NCBI GenBank assembly: GCA_000331305.1
Contig: KB217478.1
Coordinates: 64,544 to 112,543, forward strand
Length of the DNA: 48,000 nucleotides
Direction of reading: 5' to 3'
From: Calothrix sp. PCC 7103
GTDB lineage: Bacteria; Cyanobacteriota; Cyanobacteriia; Cyanobacteriales; Nostocaceae
A program made the translations under genes and the position numbers. Below are positions 17,292-26,947 of this stretch, piece after piece. The notes below the pieces were generated by a model. That model was given only the letters and a program-made list of their open reading frames with translations. It ran no database searches and had not been told where the DNA came from. Numbering within the stretch: the stretch's first letter is position 1; the number at the start of each line of letters is the position of its first letter.

Positions 17292-18887
17292 TTAGCGAGT
17301 AATTTCAAAGAAACTGTTGAAAAATATAGATACTTTTGTTCCTGTTAGAACGATTGCGACGTTAGGACGGTTTTGCAATTCACTGTCTGCTTTATCCGCA
17401 CGTTTGCTTAAACGCTGTTGCATTGGTTGAAAAAATCCTTCGACTGCTGCGGCCAGAAGATTTGGTTGACGCGCGCCTGTTACAATCGTTTGATTAAACC
17501 CACCATTGGAAATTACTGTTTGAGATTGAGTTTGGTTAAAAACTTGACCTGCACGACCTGCTGCACCAAGTAAACCAATTAGAATATCTTGTTGTGCAAT
17601 GGCGCCACCTCTATCTTGAAGTGATTGTGCAATCAAGGGTTTATTATCTGAACCTCGAATTAAAATTGCATCTCTAGGAATTGATTGCTGTTGAACTTTA
17701 CCAAAGCTGTCGGTATAAACAATTGCAACAACACTTTGTTTTACTAATTTGTTAGCTTCAGACACTGAATCAACCTCTGTAATCAAAATCGTTCCTTTTG
17801 ATAAAGCCACACGACCGTCATTTGATAAAATATCTTCTTCTAACTCAACAGCAAACCGTCCCTGATTTTTATCTTCTTTTGCCCAAATCATTGGTACTAA
17901 TACTTTTGCTTGTGCTGTTGTACCTATTTGAACCTGTAAATTACTTGGGGTATTAGAAGCAGTTTGTGCAAAATTAGAGTATTGAGTATCTGGTTTCTGG
18001 CGGTTAATAATTCCCCATTCCCCTGGTGTTTGAATTTGAGGAGTACTTGTTTCTGTCTGAGTTAGACCACTATTTACGGCAACAGTGGGAATGGATGAAG
18101 GATTATTGATGTTGCTTTTTGAGGTAACGCTATTATTTTGAAAGCTTACTTCTCTGTAAACGGGGGAAGATGAATTGATTGGTGTACCATTTAATGTATT
18201 AGTTCGTTCAACTTTGTTAAGCACAGTCTCGGTTTGTTGAAGTTGCTTATCATCATTAAGAGCAACTGTTTGTTGTCCTAATGTTGCAAGTTCGCTCCAT
18301 TGCTTGAATGGGTCAATTTCTTGTGTTGGTTTACTAACTGGTAAATTTCTAGGTTGTTGACGTGGCGCCGTTTCTCTAATTATTCTTGGTGGTGATGGAA
18401 CTTGAGAACGAATAATTCGAGGCGGTGGCAAGCTGGCAATACGAGTTCGTGCTATGGGCGCCGACTTTTGAACCGTTGGCGATAGTTTTGGTGGTATCGG
18501 TTTCTGTGGCTGTCTCTCTCTTGAGCTTTCTTGGTTACGTAATGCGAGTTCAGCTTTTAGACGCGCTTCTTCTTGACTTTGGGTTTGTGCGAGAGCTTGC
18601 TGTGTTGGTTTTGGTGTAGTAGGAGTTTTTGCGATTTGTTTTGGAGCAAAGAATATTGACCAACACATCCAACCAAAACCCATGACACCACCTACTAAGA
18701 GAGATGCAATGGCGCCTCGAACGAGTGGATTCTCGCTGCTGTCAACTGGTTCGGCTTGTTCTGAGTCACGTTGAATCAAATATTCTTGGTCAATTAAAGC
18801 CACTTGTTCGGGTCGATACCCTGATATTTCTAACTCTTCTTCTGGCGTTATATCATCATCTAATTGTGGACTGTTAAAATTATTCAT
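17292..18887 (-). CDS. VirB10/TrbI-like bitopic protein
   Basis: Cytoplasmic N-terminus, one TM helix (LLVGGVMGFGWMCWSIFF), a Pro-rich linker (SLPPPRIIRSQVPSPPRIIRETAPRQQPRNLP) and a C-terminal beta-rich domain. This is the hallmark VirB10 architecture. Confidence 0.5.
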   Translation of the reverse strand: MNNFNSPQLDDDITPEEELEISGYRPEQVALIDQEYLIQRDSEQAEPVDSSENPLVRGAIASLLVGGVMGFGWMCWSIFFAPKQIAKTPTTPKPTQQALAQTQSQEEARLKAELALRNQESSRERQPQKPIPPKLSPTVQKSAPIARTRIASLPPPRIIRSQVPSPPRIIRETAPRQQPRNLPVSKPTQEIDPFKQWSELATLGQQTVALNDDKQLQQTETVLNKVERTNTLNGTPINSSSPVYREVSFQNNSVTSKSNINNPSSIPTVAVNSGLTQTETSTPQIQTPGEWGIINRQKPDTQYSNFAQTASNTPSNLQVQIGTTAQAKVLVPMIWAKEDKNQGRFAVELEEDILSNDGRVALSKGTILITEVDSVSEANKLVKQSVVAIVYTDSFGKVQQQSIPRDAILIRGSDNKPLIAQSLQDRGGAIAQQDILIGLLGAAGRAGQVFNQTQSQTVISNGGFNQTIVTGARQPNLLAAAVEGFFQPMQQRLSKRADKADSELQNRPNVAIVLTGTKVSIFFNSFFEITR

Positions 18888-18897
18888 AGTCTTCTCT

Positions 18898-19632
18898 CTA
18901 TTTATTTGGAATAAATTCAGAAATTTTTGTTATTTCTAAACCCGCACTTCTAATTTCATATAATTGTTTTTCTAAGACAGAAGCGTTGTTTTCGGGCGGT
19001 TGGGGTATATCTACAGCTTGCAAAGTAAACGTGCGATTTATTGCTATTTCTTCATCGGCGCCACCATTCATATTTACTAGTACTCTTGTAGCAACCATAT
19101 CTACTTCCCACTCACCCAATCTGGTTTGACGAGGATTTGAAAGGTAGGAAATTATAATCTTTGAGCGAACTTGACCGTTAAATATTCGTTGTGGCGTGAT
19201 TTCGGCTAATTGTTGTAATAGAGGTTGTCGGAATCCACCTTTTCCTTGCTGTATTAAAAACGAGCCAAAATAAGCATTTGTTGTAACACGCTTTCCCTTA
19301 CCAATATCCCGTCCTTTATCTTGTTCTTTAGTGGCGCTAATTACACCATCCCAATTAAAAGTTAAATTTGCCCAGTGTCTGACGGTATTTTTTATTACTT
19401 CAGGGTAGCGATATAAATAATCTTGCTCAGATATAACTAAAGCACGACCATTGACCAACTGTACAAAAGTTGTTTTTCTTTCTGAGAGTTGATTTACTTT
19501 AAAACTCAAGAACAATATGAATAAAAAGCTTAATAAACTAAAAGTAGTCAGCCCAATAAAACACAGTGGCAGAATATCTTTAGAATCAAGCAATATTTTC
19601 GGTCTTTTAACCTTTTGTAAAGACTTTAACAT
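18898..19632 (-). CDS. VirB8-like bitopic protein (architecture only)
   Basis: Short N-terminus, a single TM helix (LCFIGLTTFSLLSFLFILFLSF), a ~190-aa periplasmic domain, and a position between the B6-like and B10-like genes. Confidence 0.35.
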   Translation of the reverse strand: MLKSLQKVKRPKILLDSKDILPLCFIGLTTFSLLSFLFILFLSFKVNQLSERKTTFVQLVNGRALVISEQDYLYRYPEVIKNTVRHWANLTFNWDGVISATKEQDKGRDIGKGKRVTTNAYFGSFLIQQGKGGFRQPLLQQLAEITPQRIFNGQVRSKIIISYLSNPRQTRLGEWEVDMVATRVLVNMNGGADEEIAINRTFTLQAVDIPQPPENNASVLEKQLYEIRSAGLEITKISEFIPNK

Positions 19633-19643
19633 TAAACATTACC

Positions 19644-20738
19644 TCACAAACTCTTGCCAGCGAAACCCGTTGCAACAGCTACCACACCATCAAAAGCAGC
19701 ATTAACAAGGGCTGGAACTCGGCTATTAATACCTGTATAAAGCGCAACGCCTCCACCTCCTGCTATTAACAGTGCTAAAGCTGGTGCAAAAATGCTGATA
19801 AATGCTAGAAAAGCTAAATCAGATGCACTTTGCGCGCCAGCAGTAACTATTACCGTTGCAGCTAACCCAACAACAATGTTGTAACCAAGTTGAACTCCAA
19901 ACAATGAAACAAAACCGCTAGCCCAAGCCCATATTGGTTTTGAGCCTAAAGGTAATAAACTTAATCCCAAAGCAATTGGTGCAAAAGTCGCAGTCATAAT
20001 TAGTGCAGCTTCTAAAATGTTTACAAATGCCCATTGCAGGGCGTAGAGAAAGGTGATTAATATTAGCGAAATCGATGCACTGAAAACGGCGCCTGGATTT
20101 TGTACAAAGTCTGTTAACTGTGCCACAGCTTTACGCGCTTCCTCTAGTGGCCCATTATTTTGTTTTTCTGCCTCAGCAAGAATCTGTTCTATAATTGGTC
20201 TTTTTTCTTGGAGGCAGTCTGTAAGGGGTTTACCAGTTTTACCCTGACATTCTGCATAGATTGTAGAAACTTGGGTTTTGACGCTTTGAGTTAAAGTTAC
20301 GTCAGATATTGCTTGTTTAAAAGTAGTATCCGCTAGTTGGATATTGAGAACAGCAATAACTTGCTGATGACCAATGTTTCTGACGATAAGAACTGTTTGA
20401 GAAAGCAAGTAGCCATTACTACCTAAAAATAGAGCAATAACTAAAGGGTAGACAACAGATGCAGCTAGCTCCGACCATAAAAAGCGCTTCTCTTGGTAAT
20501 CAGAAGCCATTTTCACAGCTAAGAAAATTATACTTAATGCTGCAAGGGTAGTACCTAGATTACATAAACCTGCCCATAAGGCGCTATCTTGGTTAATTAC
20601 ATCTCCCCATGCTTTATTCCACGATTCAACGGTTTGTTTACTCAATTCAATACTGCTGGTAATCAAGGTAAGACCAACAGTTGAATCTGAGTTGTTATCA
20701 GGTGGAGTTACTTGCGAAATCAAAAGGGGAGAGAACAT
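19644..20738 (-). CDS. polytopic membrane protein, VirB6/TrbL-like
   Basis: About 6 hydrophobic helices with a large hydrophilic loop in a 364-aa protein, located within the T4SS gene block. Confidence 0.45.
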   Translation of the reverse strand: MFSPLLISQVTPPDNNSDSTVGLTLITSSIELSKQTVESWNKAWGDVINQDSALWAGLCNLGTTLAALSIIFLAVKMASDYQEKRFLWSELAASVVYPLVIALFLGSNGYLLSQTVLIVRNIGHQQVIAVLNIQLADTTFKQAISDVTLTQSVKTQVSTIYAECQGKTGKPLTDCLQEKRPIIEQILAEAEKQNNGPLEEARKAVAQLTDFVQNPGAVFSASISLILITFLYALQWAFVNILEAALIMTATFAPIALGLSLLPLGSKPIWAWASGFVSLFGVQLGYNIVVGLAATVIVTAGAQSASDLAFLAFISIFAPALALLIAGGGGVALYTGINSRVPALVNAAFDGVVAVATGFAGKSL

Positions 20739-20758
20739 AAAGCTTAAATAATCTACAA

Positions 20759-21643
20759 TTACTGACTGGTCGAATCTTGACTAAAGACACTTCCTCCAGG
20801 CATCGTTAATAAGGCGCCTTGAGATGCTGCATTATTACCTGTTGCAATTCTGGTTTGGCGTTCTCCAGTATTAAAGGTATTAAGTTCTTGTGCGGTTTGA
20901 GCAGTGAGAGTTAAATCTAAAGCTCTATCTTGGCGTGCCTGTGATGCTTCCTGTAACTGCAAATCAGCAATTGTGGCATTATTTTTTAGTTGTTGGGATA
21001 TATTTTGAAGAATATGCTGCGAAGTATCAGTATTTTGTGAATCATCCGCCATCGAGCTTGATTCAAGTTGAGAGTTTGCGCTTTGTTCTAATGTATTTTT
21101 AGACTTGTTTTGAGCGTTTTTAGAGAGAGTTTTATTTTGCGCGACTTCAATTGCTCCTACCCGTTCGCTTTGCGACGCTAAGTCTTGACGAATTGCGTAA
21201 GAGTTTTTGAGGTTATTTTCTAATTTGCTTGATGTTTCCCCATCTTCAGGTAGCGAACCTTTCATGATTTCCCCAACAACTTCACCTAAATCGGGGACTT
21301 CAACTGAACCAAGAGCGTTATTAACAAAATTTGTAATCCCTCCAAATAAGTTACCTCTTACAAACGAGCCTAAATCATCAACAAAATTCTGAATTGAATT
21401 TGAGGTATTATTGATAGAATTAGCTGTTTTAGTAATTGAACGAGTTTCTGGTGTATCTACAGTGGCGCCAAACGCTGAATTGATAACGGTTAAACTTAAT
21501 CCAATCGCTGTTATGCCAATTACAGAAATACTCTTCACTTTTTTACTAAATCTACGCACAGCGTAGGAGTGGGGGAGGGGGAGAGTGGGAGAGTGGGGGA
21601 CACAAAAATGTTTTCTTTTCAAATTACTAGTCAATCTAGGCAT
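20759..21643 (-). CDS. secreted Gln/Asn/Ser-rich coiled-coil protein (possible VirB5-role); annotated N-terminus is translated repeat
   Basis: Signal-like KKVKSISVIGITAIGLSLTVINSAFGA. The first 28 codons (..HSPTLPLPHSY) lie in repeat element C, so the in-frame GTG at 21559 is a more plausible start. Confidence 0.45.
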   Translation of the reverse strand: MPRLTSNLKRKHFCVPHSPTLPLPHSYAVRRFSKKVKSISVIGITAIGLSLTVINSAFGATVDTPETRSITKTANSINNTSNSIQNFVDDLGSFVRGNLFGGITNFVNNALGSVEVPDLGEVVGEIMKGSLPEDGETSSKLENNLKNSYAIRQDLASQSERVGAIEVAQNKTLSKNAQNKSKNTLEQSANSQLESSSMADDSQNTDTSQHILQNISQQLKNNATIADLQLQEASQARQDRALDLTLTAQTAQELNTFNTGERQTRIATGNNAASQGALLTMPGGSVFSQDSTSQ

Positions 21644-21745
21644 AAGACATCTCCAAAATTACTCAAATTTCTGTGCATTATTAACATTAATTAACTTCTT
21701 CTCCCCCACTCCCCCCTTCTCCCACTCCCCCACTCCTCTATTCTC
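21566..21745. repeat. GGGRGAGT-octamer inverted-repeat element C (G-rich arm 21566-21600, C-rich arm 21701-21745)
   Basis: ggagtgggggagggggagagtgggagagtggggga, then a ~100-nt loop, then ctcccccactccccccttctcccactcccccactcctc. It covers the VirB4-like stop and the next gene's annotated start. Confidence 0.8.
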
Positions 21746-23792
21746 CTTTAGAGCCGCAACATATACTTTTGTAAACTCAGCCAAACCTTGAAGTTGCCCT
21801 TTAATCGTATTCGGATAGCGTGCCATTAAAGCGCGACGCGCGCGACGTTCTTCTTGGTTTGTTACGACTGCTGCTAAAGCCATTTCACCAGGATAAAATC
21901 TACACTGCCAAAAACGTCCTCCTTTTTCTATGAGCCAGCATGAGTATAAATCTGTTCTATGAGGAAAAAATGACTCAGATGCATTTTGAGAAATGATGTT
22001 ACTTGGGTAGGTTAAATATTTTTGGAATGAAGCAACAGCATTTGATGTAATGCACCCTGTTATTCGGTAGCTGATATTCTGCATAATCATTGCAGCGGCG
22101 GCAGATTGGCAAATTGTATCTGGGTCTTGACTTGATAAAATAATGCTTACACCATCTTTACGCGCGGTCGCACAAAGTTCGCCTACCATTGCACTAAACC
22201 CATCTTTACGGAAAAGTACTGAAAGCTCATCTCCAATAAACAAGCTTTTGGGATAACTCATCGCTACACGTAAACAAGCTGCTTTTGCTGCAACTGCCAT
22301 TGTGTATGAATCTTGGTCGTTACTTAAACCTGTTAGTGCATAGAATTTGACCATTGGTTCTGGGGAAAAGCTGCTTGGTTTTCCTATTGCTGTTCCTAAA
22401 GGACTTACTAAAAGTGCTGTTATTTGGCTGGTTATTTGATTTATTGCTTGGTGGTCAATAGCTTCAGGTTTTTGAATATTGAGACGCGCGATTGAACAAA
22501 ACCGCACAAAGTCTTTTAGTGTTGGAATATCTTGCCATTCGGCTGACTTCCATCCTTTTGTAAAAGCTTCGTTGTAACGCTCAATAATATCTGAGTCACT
22601 TAGAAACATCTCCAGCGCTTGCATTAAAATTGCATCTACTCGTTGTGCTAAATGAGGAGCATTCAGGCGCCCCATTACAATTACACTTAGAGCATTGCGT
22701 ATAAACTCACGCCAGGACTTCATACGTGACGCACGTTCATCAACATCGAAGCGGCGTAAATCTGGGGGTTCCATTAGATTATTAGAAGCAGACGATAAAT
22801 CAAAATAGGCGCCTGCTTCACCTAATAATTCAATTCCCGTTTTAAAAGAGCTTTCGCCGTCTGCCGCAGGAATATCTATACCAACTACTGGGATATTTTG
22901 CGACAATGCATCAAGCATGAACCGCCATAATAATACAGATTTTCCTGAACCTGTTTTACCTGTAACTAAAGCATGTTGAGTGTAGGAGAATAAATCAACA
23001 CAGACAGGTTTTCCACCTCGGTTTGTTAAAAATTCTACACCAATAGAGTCAAGTTCTCTGGGTACTGTTAATGGTAAGATGCCAGCAACTGTTTCGCTTT
23101 CCAACACTAGTCGGCGTTCGCTCAATATCGAACTTGAATGTAATATTCGGCGCCAAGTTATAGGTAAAGTTTCAAGCCAGATTTGTGAAGCAATGTGTCG
23201 TTCGCGTAATACTTTGGCATTACCAAAACTTGAACAAAGTAAATCACACGCTAAATCCAAACTTTCTGCATTCTCGCGCGTGACGAGAAATACAACCGCA
23301 CAATTTAATGGAACGGCGCCTTTATATAATTTTTTCTGTGCGTCAAAACTTTCCTCTTGTTTGATTTCGGCGCCGACATCTCTACCAGTACCTTTGAGTA
23401 AAGCACGTTCGCGCGCGACTTTGGTTTGTTTGGCTTGGCGATGTAAATTATCTTCTGTTAAATAACGGTTAGCAGCAGATATTTCTACAATCGCTTCGGT
23501 GTCACGAACATGGTTCTCACTCAAAACCTTCCACATCCATAATATTTGCTCTCTGACTGATGCCCATGCTGCCACCGTATCTGCCATTGTTAAAACCCCA
23601 CATACTTTATCTTTGATGTATATGCGGTTTGTGCATTGACGATGTTCGGGACATGAGCTTCGTCCGTATTCTCCTGTAATTAAGATAGTTGTGGCGTGTT
23701 TTGGTGAGTTTTGGATTTCTGTTAATTTAATTCCTCTATCTTTATCTTCTGTTAGCACGAGTAGTTGTGGAATTTCTGGAGATGGAGATTTA

Positions 23793-24875
23793 AGTAGTTA
23801 CGCAAAATCGATTATATATTCTTCTCCAAAATTCTTTAAGATGTATTCTACTGACTCAACCAACCTCTCCCAACTCTCATAAGCATCTATTTCTAGCCAA
23901 TAATATTTAATAAAACGCCACAAAGATTCAATGATATTCAATTCGGGGGAGTATGTGGGTAGGAAAAATAAGGTTAATCCTTTTTCTTTCCATTCTTCTA
24001 GTTTATCAAGTAGCGCATGACTAGTATGAATTGAAGAATTATCAACTACTAATACAGTCTTTTTCTCAAGAGTTTCACAAAATTTATCAATACATGCTAT
24101 TACAACATCACTATTAATGCTGCGTTCAAATAAATAAACCTCTAAATCGTTTCTTCTATTTAAAAAGCCTAAAGCATTTAAACGCTTACTTCTCTGAGTT
24201 TTTACAATAATAGTTTCTCCTTTTTCTTGCCATGCATATGGAACATAAGAAGTTAAGCAAAACCCTGTTTCATCAACATATCTTAAATCAATTTCTCCTC
24301 TATCGTCTTGTTTTCTTAATTCTTCTAATTCTTCCTTTTTTTGCTTGTATACTGACTCTTCTGGCTCTCCTGCCACGCCTCTTTTAATGCGGCGCCATGT
24401 AACATCAAAAAACTCTAAAACTCGCTTAATTGTATCATTACTAACATCAATTCCCCATTCATCTCTAATTTTCATTCTTACAATATGTAAATTTCTTGAA
24501 TTTTCAAGCGACCAGTGTTTAACCTGCTCTTTTTGTTCATCATCTAATTTTGACTTTCTTCCTCTTCCCTTTTTGTCGTATAACCCAGCTAGTACATAAT
24601 TATCCCAATCATCAAACCAGTTAGTAATCGTTAGACGACTGACATTAAAAATTTTAGTTAAGTCGGTTATTTTATATCCATCATGACTTAATTTTATACA
24701 CTGCGCTCTCTGCCGTACTTGATGATATTTACTGTATTTATAAATTCTTTCTAAAATTTTGATGGTTTCTTGACTTAATCCTTTGATAAAACGCATGTTC
24801 GCACCCCTTTCTTGACGTTTTAGTTTTCTAGTCATAGTTTATCATGAAATGCATAAATATTTTTGCGTACCTACT
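23793..24875 (-). mobile_element. IS630-family insertion sequence (1083 bp) with TA target-site duplication
   Basis: Terminal inverted repeats AGTAGTTACGCAAAA (23793-) and AGTAGGTACGCAAAA (reverse complement of -24875) match at 14 of 15 positions. TA flanks the element at 23791-23792 and 24876-24877. It carries a single transposase ORF. Confidence 0.85.
23798..24835 (-). CDS. IS630-family (Tc1/mariner-like) DDE transposase
   Basis: N-terminal HTH region, then DDE residues in YVDETGF, LVVDNSSIHTS and LPTYSPELNIIESLWRFIK. 345 aa. Confidence 0.9.
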   Translation of the reverse strand: MTRKLKRQERGANMRFIKGLSQETIKILERIYKYSKYHQVRQRAQCIKLSHDGYKITDLTKIFNVSRLTITNWFDDWDNYVLAGLYDKKGRGRKSKLDDEQKEQVKHWSLENSRNLHIVRMKIRDEWGIDVSNDTIKRVLEFFDVTWRRIKRGVAGEPEESVYKQKKEELEELRKQDDRGEIDLRYVDETGFCLTSYVPYAWQEKGETIIVKTQRSKRLNALGFLNRRNDLEVYLFERSINSDVVIACIDKFCETLEKKTVLVVDNSSIHTSHALLDKLEEWKEKGLTLFFLPTYSPELNIIESLWRFIKYYWLEIDAYESWERLVESVEYILKNFGEEYIIDFA

Positions 24876-25092
24876 TACCCGTAACAAACCACCAACTCAG
24901 AATTAACCAAAAACTAATAACAGCCACTTTCGGAATTCCCCATCCTAACAATCCATCAAAAATAAAGTACGTAATCGTAATAATTGCAAACCAAGGCAAA
25001 ATTTGATTTGCTGGTATTGGACCAAAAGAGGGTTGTTTGCCTAATATCTTATTTACTCTTACTGCTTCTGTATCTGTTGACATTGTTAATTT

Positions 25093-25758
25093 CTAACCTC
25101 CTGGAGCAGTACCACCGCCACCAGCACCTCCGGCGCCAGTTCCATTACCCACAAACAGAAATGTAATTACATCGATTGTGAGAATAATTCCAATTGCTAA
25201 ACCCGCTTGAGTCGCAATTGGGCGCCAGTCGTTTCCTTGTTGTGCTTGGTTATAGGCAAATAGTGCAGCTATACCTACTAATAGTAAAAATACACCCCGA
25301 ATTGCATTGAAAACTAAAGTGATTGCTTGTGGGTCTATTGCGCTTGTACCTCCTGTAGAACTTTGTTGTGCAATATCTGTGAGGAATTGTTCTAAACCGC
25401 TTAGGAAAATTGCCTGTGCTGGCATTTCAAACACTGTGAGAGTTGCGGTTAATGCGATTATTATTACTACAATGTGCCAAAAATTAATTTTCCTTTTGAC
25501 ATAGTAATTTAAGTAAGGAATGTAGCTAATTACTCTGTTAATACAGTAGAAGAACAACGCTAGCGATAAAATTACTGTGACTAAAAGCGGTTCTTTGACT
25601 GCTAGATAAATTAGCCCTGATAATAAAGCAATAAAGGCGCCTGTATCATTAGTAGTCCAATTTAATGAAGACAGTAGCGCAATTGAAATATTATTTCTCA
25701 GGCTTTGGAAGTAACGCTGCTTCGTTAGTTCCTGATGATTGCAGTAGTTTTCATGCAT
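25093..25758 (-). CDS. polytopic membrane protein; C-terminal half VirB2/TrbC pilin-like, Gly-rich tail
   Basis: The C-terminal half has two hydrophobic helices separated by a polar loop (LVFNAIRGVFLLLVGIAALFAYNQAQQGNDWRPIATQAGLAIGIILTIDVITFLF) and ends GNGTGAGGAGGGGTAPGG. It lies directly upstream of the virB3-like segment. Confidence 0.4.
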   Translation of the reverse strand: MHENYCNHQELTKQRYFQSLRNNISIALLSSLNWTTNDTGAFIALLSGLIYLAVKEPLLVTVILSLALFFYCINRVISYIPYLNYYVKRKINFWHIVVIIIALTATLTVFEMPAQAIFLSGLEQFLTDIAQQSSTGGTSAIDPQAITLVFNAIRGVFLLLVGIAALFAYNQAQQGNDWRPIATQAGLAIGIILTIDVITFLFVGNGTGAGGAGGGGTAPGG

Positions 25759-25798
25759 AATAAATCAGTATTTGGAGAGATATGTAATTTACTCAAAC

Positions 25799-26866
25799 TC
25801 AATATTCTATATCTAAGAAAGAATCTCCTCCGGCATTGGCAATTACCGGAGAAAGATTTGAGAGTGTGGGTTTCACCGCAATACTTAAATCACGTACCTG
25901 ACTTGAAGTAAAATCGCACTGTTCAATACTCCATTGATTATATTTACTATCAATTAGAGTTGCTGCAAACACAGGGCGTATTAAATTAGAGCCAGGTTTT
26001 GTTTCAAATCCTTGTAATTTAACAGGTTGTATAGCTTCGTTATGATTGTCAAAACAGCACCCAGAGAATTTGAAGCAATATTGTTTACCTGATTTTGAGT
26101 CGTTCCAAGAAAAAACTTTGGGGATTTCACCTGCCTTTAAATCTATAAATTCTTGCGGTAATACTTGTTGAAAACGCTTAATGACCATTAATCCAGCAGT
26201 ATGCATATCTGGATTATCTTCTGACTGTAAGCTAGAAGCAAGTGTAACTCCCGCTTTGAGAGTTACACCTGTTAGTAACAGTCCATCTATCTCGTTACGC
26301 GATGCCAGTTGATGTGCAACCCTGACTAAACCCGGATTTATCTTGTTAAATTGGTTACAAGTTCCTACCAACACGTCTGTAGTTTCTGGCTGAATAACGT
26401 GTAGATTATCTACTTGTAATGGTGGAGAAACAACAATTTCCCCGTGTGATGAAGAATAAGTAGTAAGATGCCCCCTTGTTTCTACTTGCGCTACATCAAT
26501 TGTACTGATTCGTTCTTTGTAGGGTGTAATGTTACCCTCAGACACCTCCATCTCTAACTGAGTCGGTTTAAAACAAATAGTGGGAGTCGCATTGTTAGGG
26601 TCTTGTTTGAACGCAAAGTTGAATCCTTTAAGTTTGTCCTCCTCAAAAACTAAATTCATCTGTATCTCCCGACCGCGCGCGATACTAACTTCCTTTAAAG
26701 CTGCTTGCACGTCTTTAATATCAGTCAGTTCATGCTTTTCATCCAAAACTTGATTGACTACATCAGATATGTACCACAAGTCTTGAGGGTCAGTAATAGT
26801 CATGGTCGGGTACTGGGTAGTAGTTACAAACTCGACTTTTAAAGCAGAGGTCAGTTTTGCCATCAC
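25799..26866 (-). CDS. hypothetical cytosolic protein (355 aa), first gene of the T4SS operon
   Basis: ORF only; no motif recognised. The start is probably the ATG at 26863. Confidence 0.5.
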   Translation of the reverse strand: MMAKLTSALKVEFVTTTQYPTMTITDPQDLWYISDVVNQVLDEKHELTDIKDVQAALKEVSIARGREIQMNLVFEEDKLKGFNFAFKQDPNNATPTICFKPTQLEMEVSEGNITPYKERISTIDVAQVETRGHLTTYSSSHGEIVVSPPLQVDNLHVIQPETTDVLVGTCNQFNKINPGLVRVAHQLASRNEIDGLLLTGVTLKAGVTLASSLQSEDNPDMHTAGLMVIKRFQQVLPQEFIDLKAGEIPKVFSWNDSKSGKQYCFKFSGCCFDNHNEAIQPVKLQGFETKPGSNLIRPVFAATLIDSKYNQWSIEQCDFTSSQVRDLSIAVKPTLSNLSPVIANAGGDSFLDIEY

Positions 26867-26947
26867 TTCGCTTAGGTGCGAGTGATTTCAAAGGTTTTGG
26901 CTTCGTTTAAAAGTCTTATTGTTTATTTTGAGCTATGTTGTAAAAAT

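Larger units (their letters stand above)
21659..25083 (-). pseudogene. virB3-virB4-like fusion gene (T4SS ATPase) interrupted by IS630 insertion
   Basis: The 70-aa two-TM ORF (24871..25083) and the 699-aa ATPase ORF (21659..23758; Walker A LVTGKTGSGKSVLLW, Walker B LFIGDELSVLF) join in-frame when 23793-24877 is deleted in silico (...WWFVTGKSPSPEIPQLLVLTEDKD...). The present stop of the 70-aa ORF lies inside the IS terminal repeat. Confidence 0.75.

Noticed and set aside
241-21745. Possibility that the octamer repeat arrays are CRISPR arrays
   Set aside because: The units are 8 nt and directly abutting, with no unique spacers of regular length. The arrays come as inverted G-rich and C-rich arms. 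No cas genes are in the window.
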